Under the pieces are notes generated by a model. The model made no database searches, was not told the origin of the DNA, and was given only the letters and a program-made list of their open reading frames with translations. The translations under genes were made by a program, and so were the position numbers. A stretch of 64,000 nt of DNA, from contig JADEYG010000007.1 in assembly GCA_016906335.1 (NCBI GenBank), positions 124,001-188,000 of the forward strand. The letters are read 5' to 3'. The stretch's first letter is position 1; every line of letters starts with the position of its first letter. Source of the DNA: Novakomyces olei (lineage: Eukaryota). Of the stretch, positions 62,224-64,000 are shown piece after piece.

Positions 62224-62360
62224 ATAGTGATGGATTTAGGGTTAGTGATAGTGATAGTGACAATATTAGGGTTAGTGATAGTGACAATATTAGGGTTAGT
62301 GATAGTGGCAATATTAGTGATAGTGATAGTGATAATATTAGGGTTAGGGTTAGTAATATT
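62224..62360. repeat. Tandem ~24-bp units containing TTAGGG and GTGATA motifs
   Basis: Five TTAGGG copies within AATATTAGGGTTAGTGATAGTGAC-like units. Confidence 0.8.
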
Positions 62361-62463
62361 AGATTTTATAATTGAAGGGTTAATTAATAGGATTAACAGG
62401 ATTAATAGAATATAGGCAGAGTGAAGAGCGACACTCGGATCAGGTGCTATTCGCAGACGGGCA

Positions 62464-63786
62464 ATGGCGCAAAATGAAAAGCCGCGTCGCGTAATAGACA
62501 CGCGGCTGTTTGACGCTTCTTACAGGCGGATAGACTGTGAGCAGTGCAGAGCGACTTTAGAGTTTCTGCCAATTCAGGCTTCGGCGGTCGACGAGGCAGT
62601 CGTGTTAAAGTGCTGTCAGTGCGGCGCACTGCTCGCGCCGCCCGACACGTCACCAAAGCCCTCGTCAAAGCCCTCGTCAAAGACCCCAGCGGCCCGGCGC
62701 AAGCGTGGAACGCAAGAAAACCCTATTGAATTAGAGTACTATCACGTCTTGCAGGTGGATGCCACTGCTTCAGCAAACGAAATAAGACGCTCTTACCGCC
62801 GATTGGCGGCCGTTGTGCACCCCGACAAACCCGGCGGGTCGAGTGCAGAATTTTTCAAAATATCAGAGGCCTATTCGGTGCTGTCAAACGAGGACTCGCG
62901 GCGCCGGTACAATGAGTTTGGGAAGGCTAAAGGCGATAAAGCGTCCGCTGCATCTTCTGGACCAGAAGGCAGTGAGGTTGTTGACATGGAGGCCTCTTTG
63001 GCACAGGTTTTTGGTGGCGGGCAGCATGGGCTGTGGCACGATATCGTTGGGGACTTTAGCTTTCTACGAGAAATGAGTGATGTCATGGTCGACGAGACTG
63101 ACGATGAGGAAGGGGACGCGGGGGCTAAAGAGGAACGGGATAAGGTTAGAGAAGCACAGCGGCAACAGCGGCGTGATGAGGAGCGCCGTCTACGCTTGGC
63201 CACTCTGTCTGATAATCTGAGGCAAAAGCTTGATACTTTTGCCATGAGCGACGATTTACCAGCCTTTACGAAACGGTTCAGTCAAGAAGCGCAGGACCTG
63301 AAAGCAGAGTCGTACGGGACAGAGCTCTGCCACGTTGTGGGGCAGATATACGCACTGCAGGCCGCATCGCACCCGCTTAACCCTAACGCGAGCACTTGGT
63401 CTTTGGCGTATCGGGGGTACGTCGCCTCCTTGCGGCTAAAGACGCGTACAGTTACAAGCACCTTTTCCGTTATTCGTAAAGCTTACGCTGTTAAACGCGC
63501 GTTTGAAAAGCTGTCATTAACAACAGAAAAGGAGGCAGATGAAAATGTAAAAAAACAGTTGGAAGAGGACGCGGCAAAGGCGGTTTTCGAGGCGACTTAT
63601 GAGGGCATCCGAAGCGAGCTACTTGGCGTGATTAGCGAAGTGTGCTCTACTGCATTAGCAATCGAGGCGGACCGGGTAGCTGGTATTGCTAACGTTTCGC
63701 ACGATGAACTCGTACAAAGACGAGTCATTGCTCTCGAAACATTAGGCAATATTTACCAGGCAGTGCAGCCAGATCCGGCTCCGTGA
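62464..63786 (+). CDS. DnaJ-domain protein with DnaJ-X-like C-terminus (Caj1/Djp1-like) and an N-terminal CxxC pair
   Basis: EYYHVLQV...HPDK...ISEAYSVLS J domain; EAQDLKAESYGTEL motif. Confidence 0.85.
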   Translation: MAQNEKPRRVIDTRLFDASYRRIDCEQCRATLEFLPIQASAVDEAVVLKCCQCGALLAPPDTSPKPSSKPSSKTPAARRKRGTQENPIELEYYHVLQVDATASANEIRRSYRRLAAVVHPDKPGGSSAEFFKISEAYSVLSNEDSRRRYNEFGKAKGDKASAASSGPEGSEVVDMEASLAQVFGGGQHGLWHDIVGDFSFLREMSDVMVDETDDEEGDAGAKEERDKVREAQRQQRRDEERRLRLATLSDNLRQKLDTFAMSDDLPAFTKRFSQEAQDLKAESYGTELCHVVGQIYALQAASHPLNPNASTWSLAYRGYVASLRLKTRTVTSTFSVIRKAYAVKRAFEKLSLTTEKEADENVKKQLEEDAAKAVFEATYEGIRSELLGVISEVCSTALAIEADRVAGIANVSHDELVQRRVIALETLGNIYQAVQPDPAP

Positions 63787-64000
63787 TTCATCAACTCTTG
63801 AGAGCTTTGGCCTGTCAGTTGACACACTATAAGCCAAAGAAGCTAGGATCTACTAAAAGATTAGACGGCTTTAATTTTTTAGCATCCTGACGCTATGAAT
63901 TTTTTTTTTTAAATATAATCTTATATTTTTTAATTTTTTTTTTTTTTTCAGGTTCTTTTATTGGTTTTCATTCCTTTAATTTTAATCTTTAATTTTTATT

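Noticed and set aside
62019-62501. ORFs rich in ITITNPN or SDSD
   Set aside because: Translations of the TTAGGG/GTGATA minisatellite

Overview
This is gene-dense fungal (ascomycete) genomic DNA. Its short introns with CTAAC branch points, HomolD/HomolE boxes at RPL5 and a complex I assembly factor suggest a Taphrinomycotina-like lineage other than fission yeast (inference). About 20 host genes flank an 18-kb triple nest of very young LTR retrotransposons. A Ty1/copia element (A, 15866-33900, minus strand) is interrupted by a chromodomain Ty3/gypsy element (B, 17711-30384, plus strand), which is interrupted by a second chromodomain Ty3/gypsy element (C, 20626-27529, minus strand). Each has a 5-bp TSD and LTR pairs that are identical by eye, apart from a (TAT)n length difference in A. 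The main finding is that both gypsy elements carry accessory transcription-factor-like genes. In B, a predicted 49-nt intron straddles the LTR/PBS boundary, and its removal creates the only ATG for a 234-aa ORF upstream of gag. That ORF has a Yap/AP-1-like basic region, the LTR holds three TTACTAA Yap-type sites, and no ATG occurs for ~990 nt before gag. C carries a complete antisense Zn2Cys6 plus coiled-coil gene between pol and its 3' LTR. The three elements also appear to use three different Gag-Pol strategies: UGA-CUAG readthrough, a single ORF, and a -1 frameshift with a pseudoknot. All calls come from reading the sequence; no searches were run.
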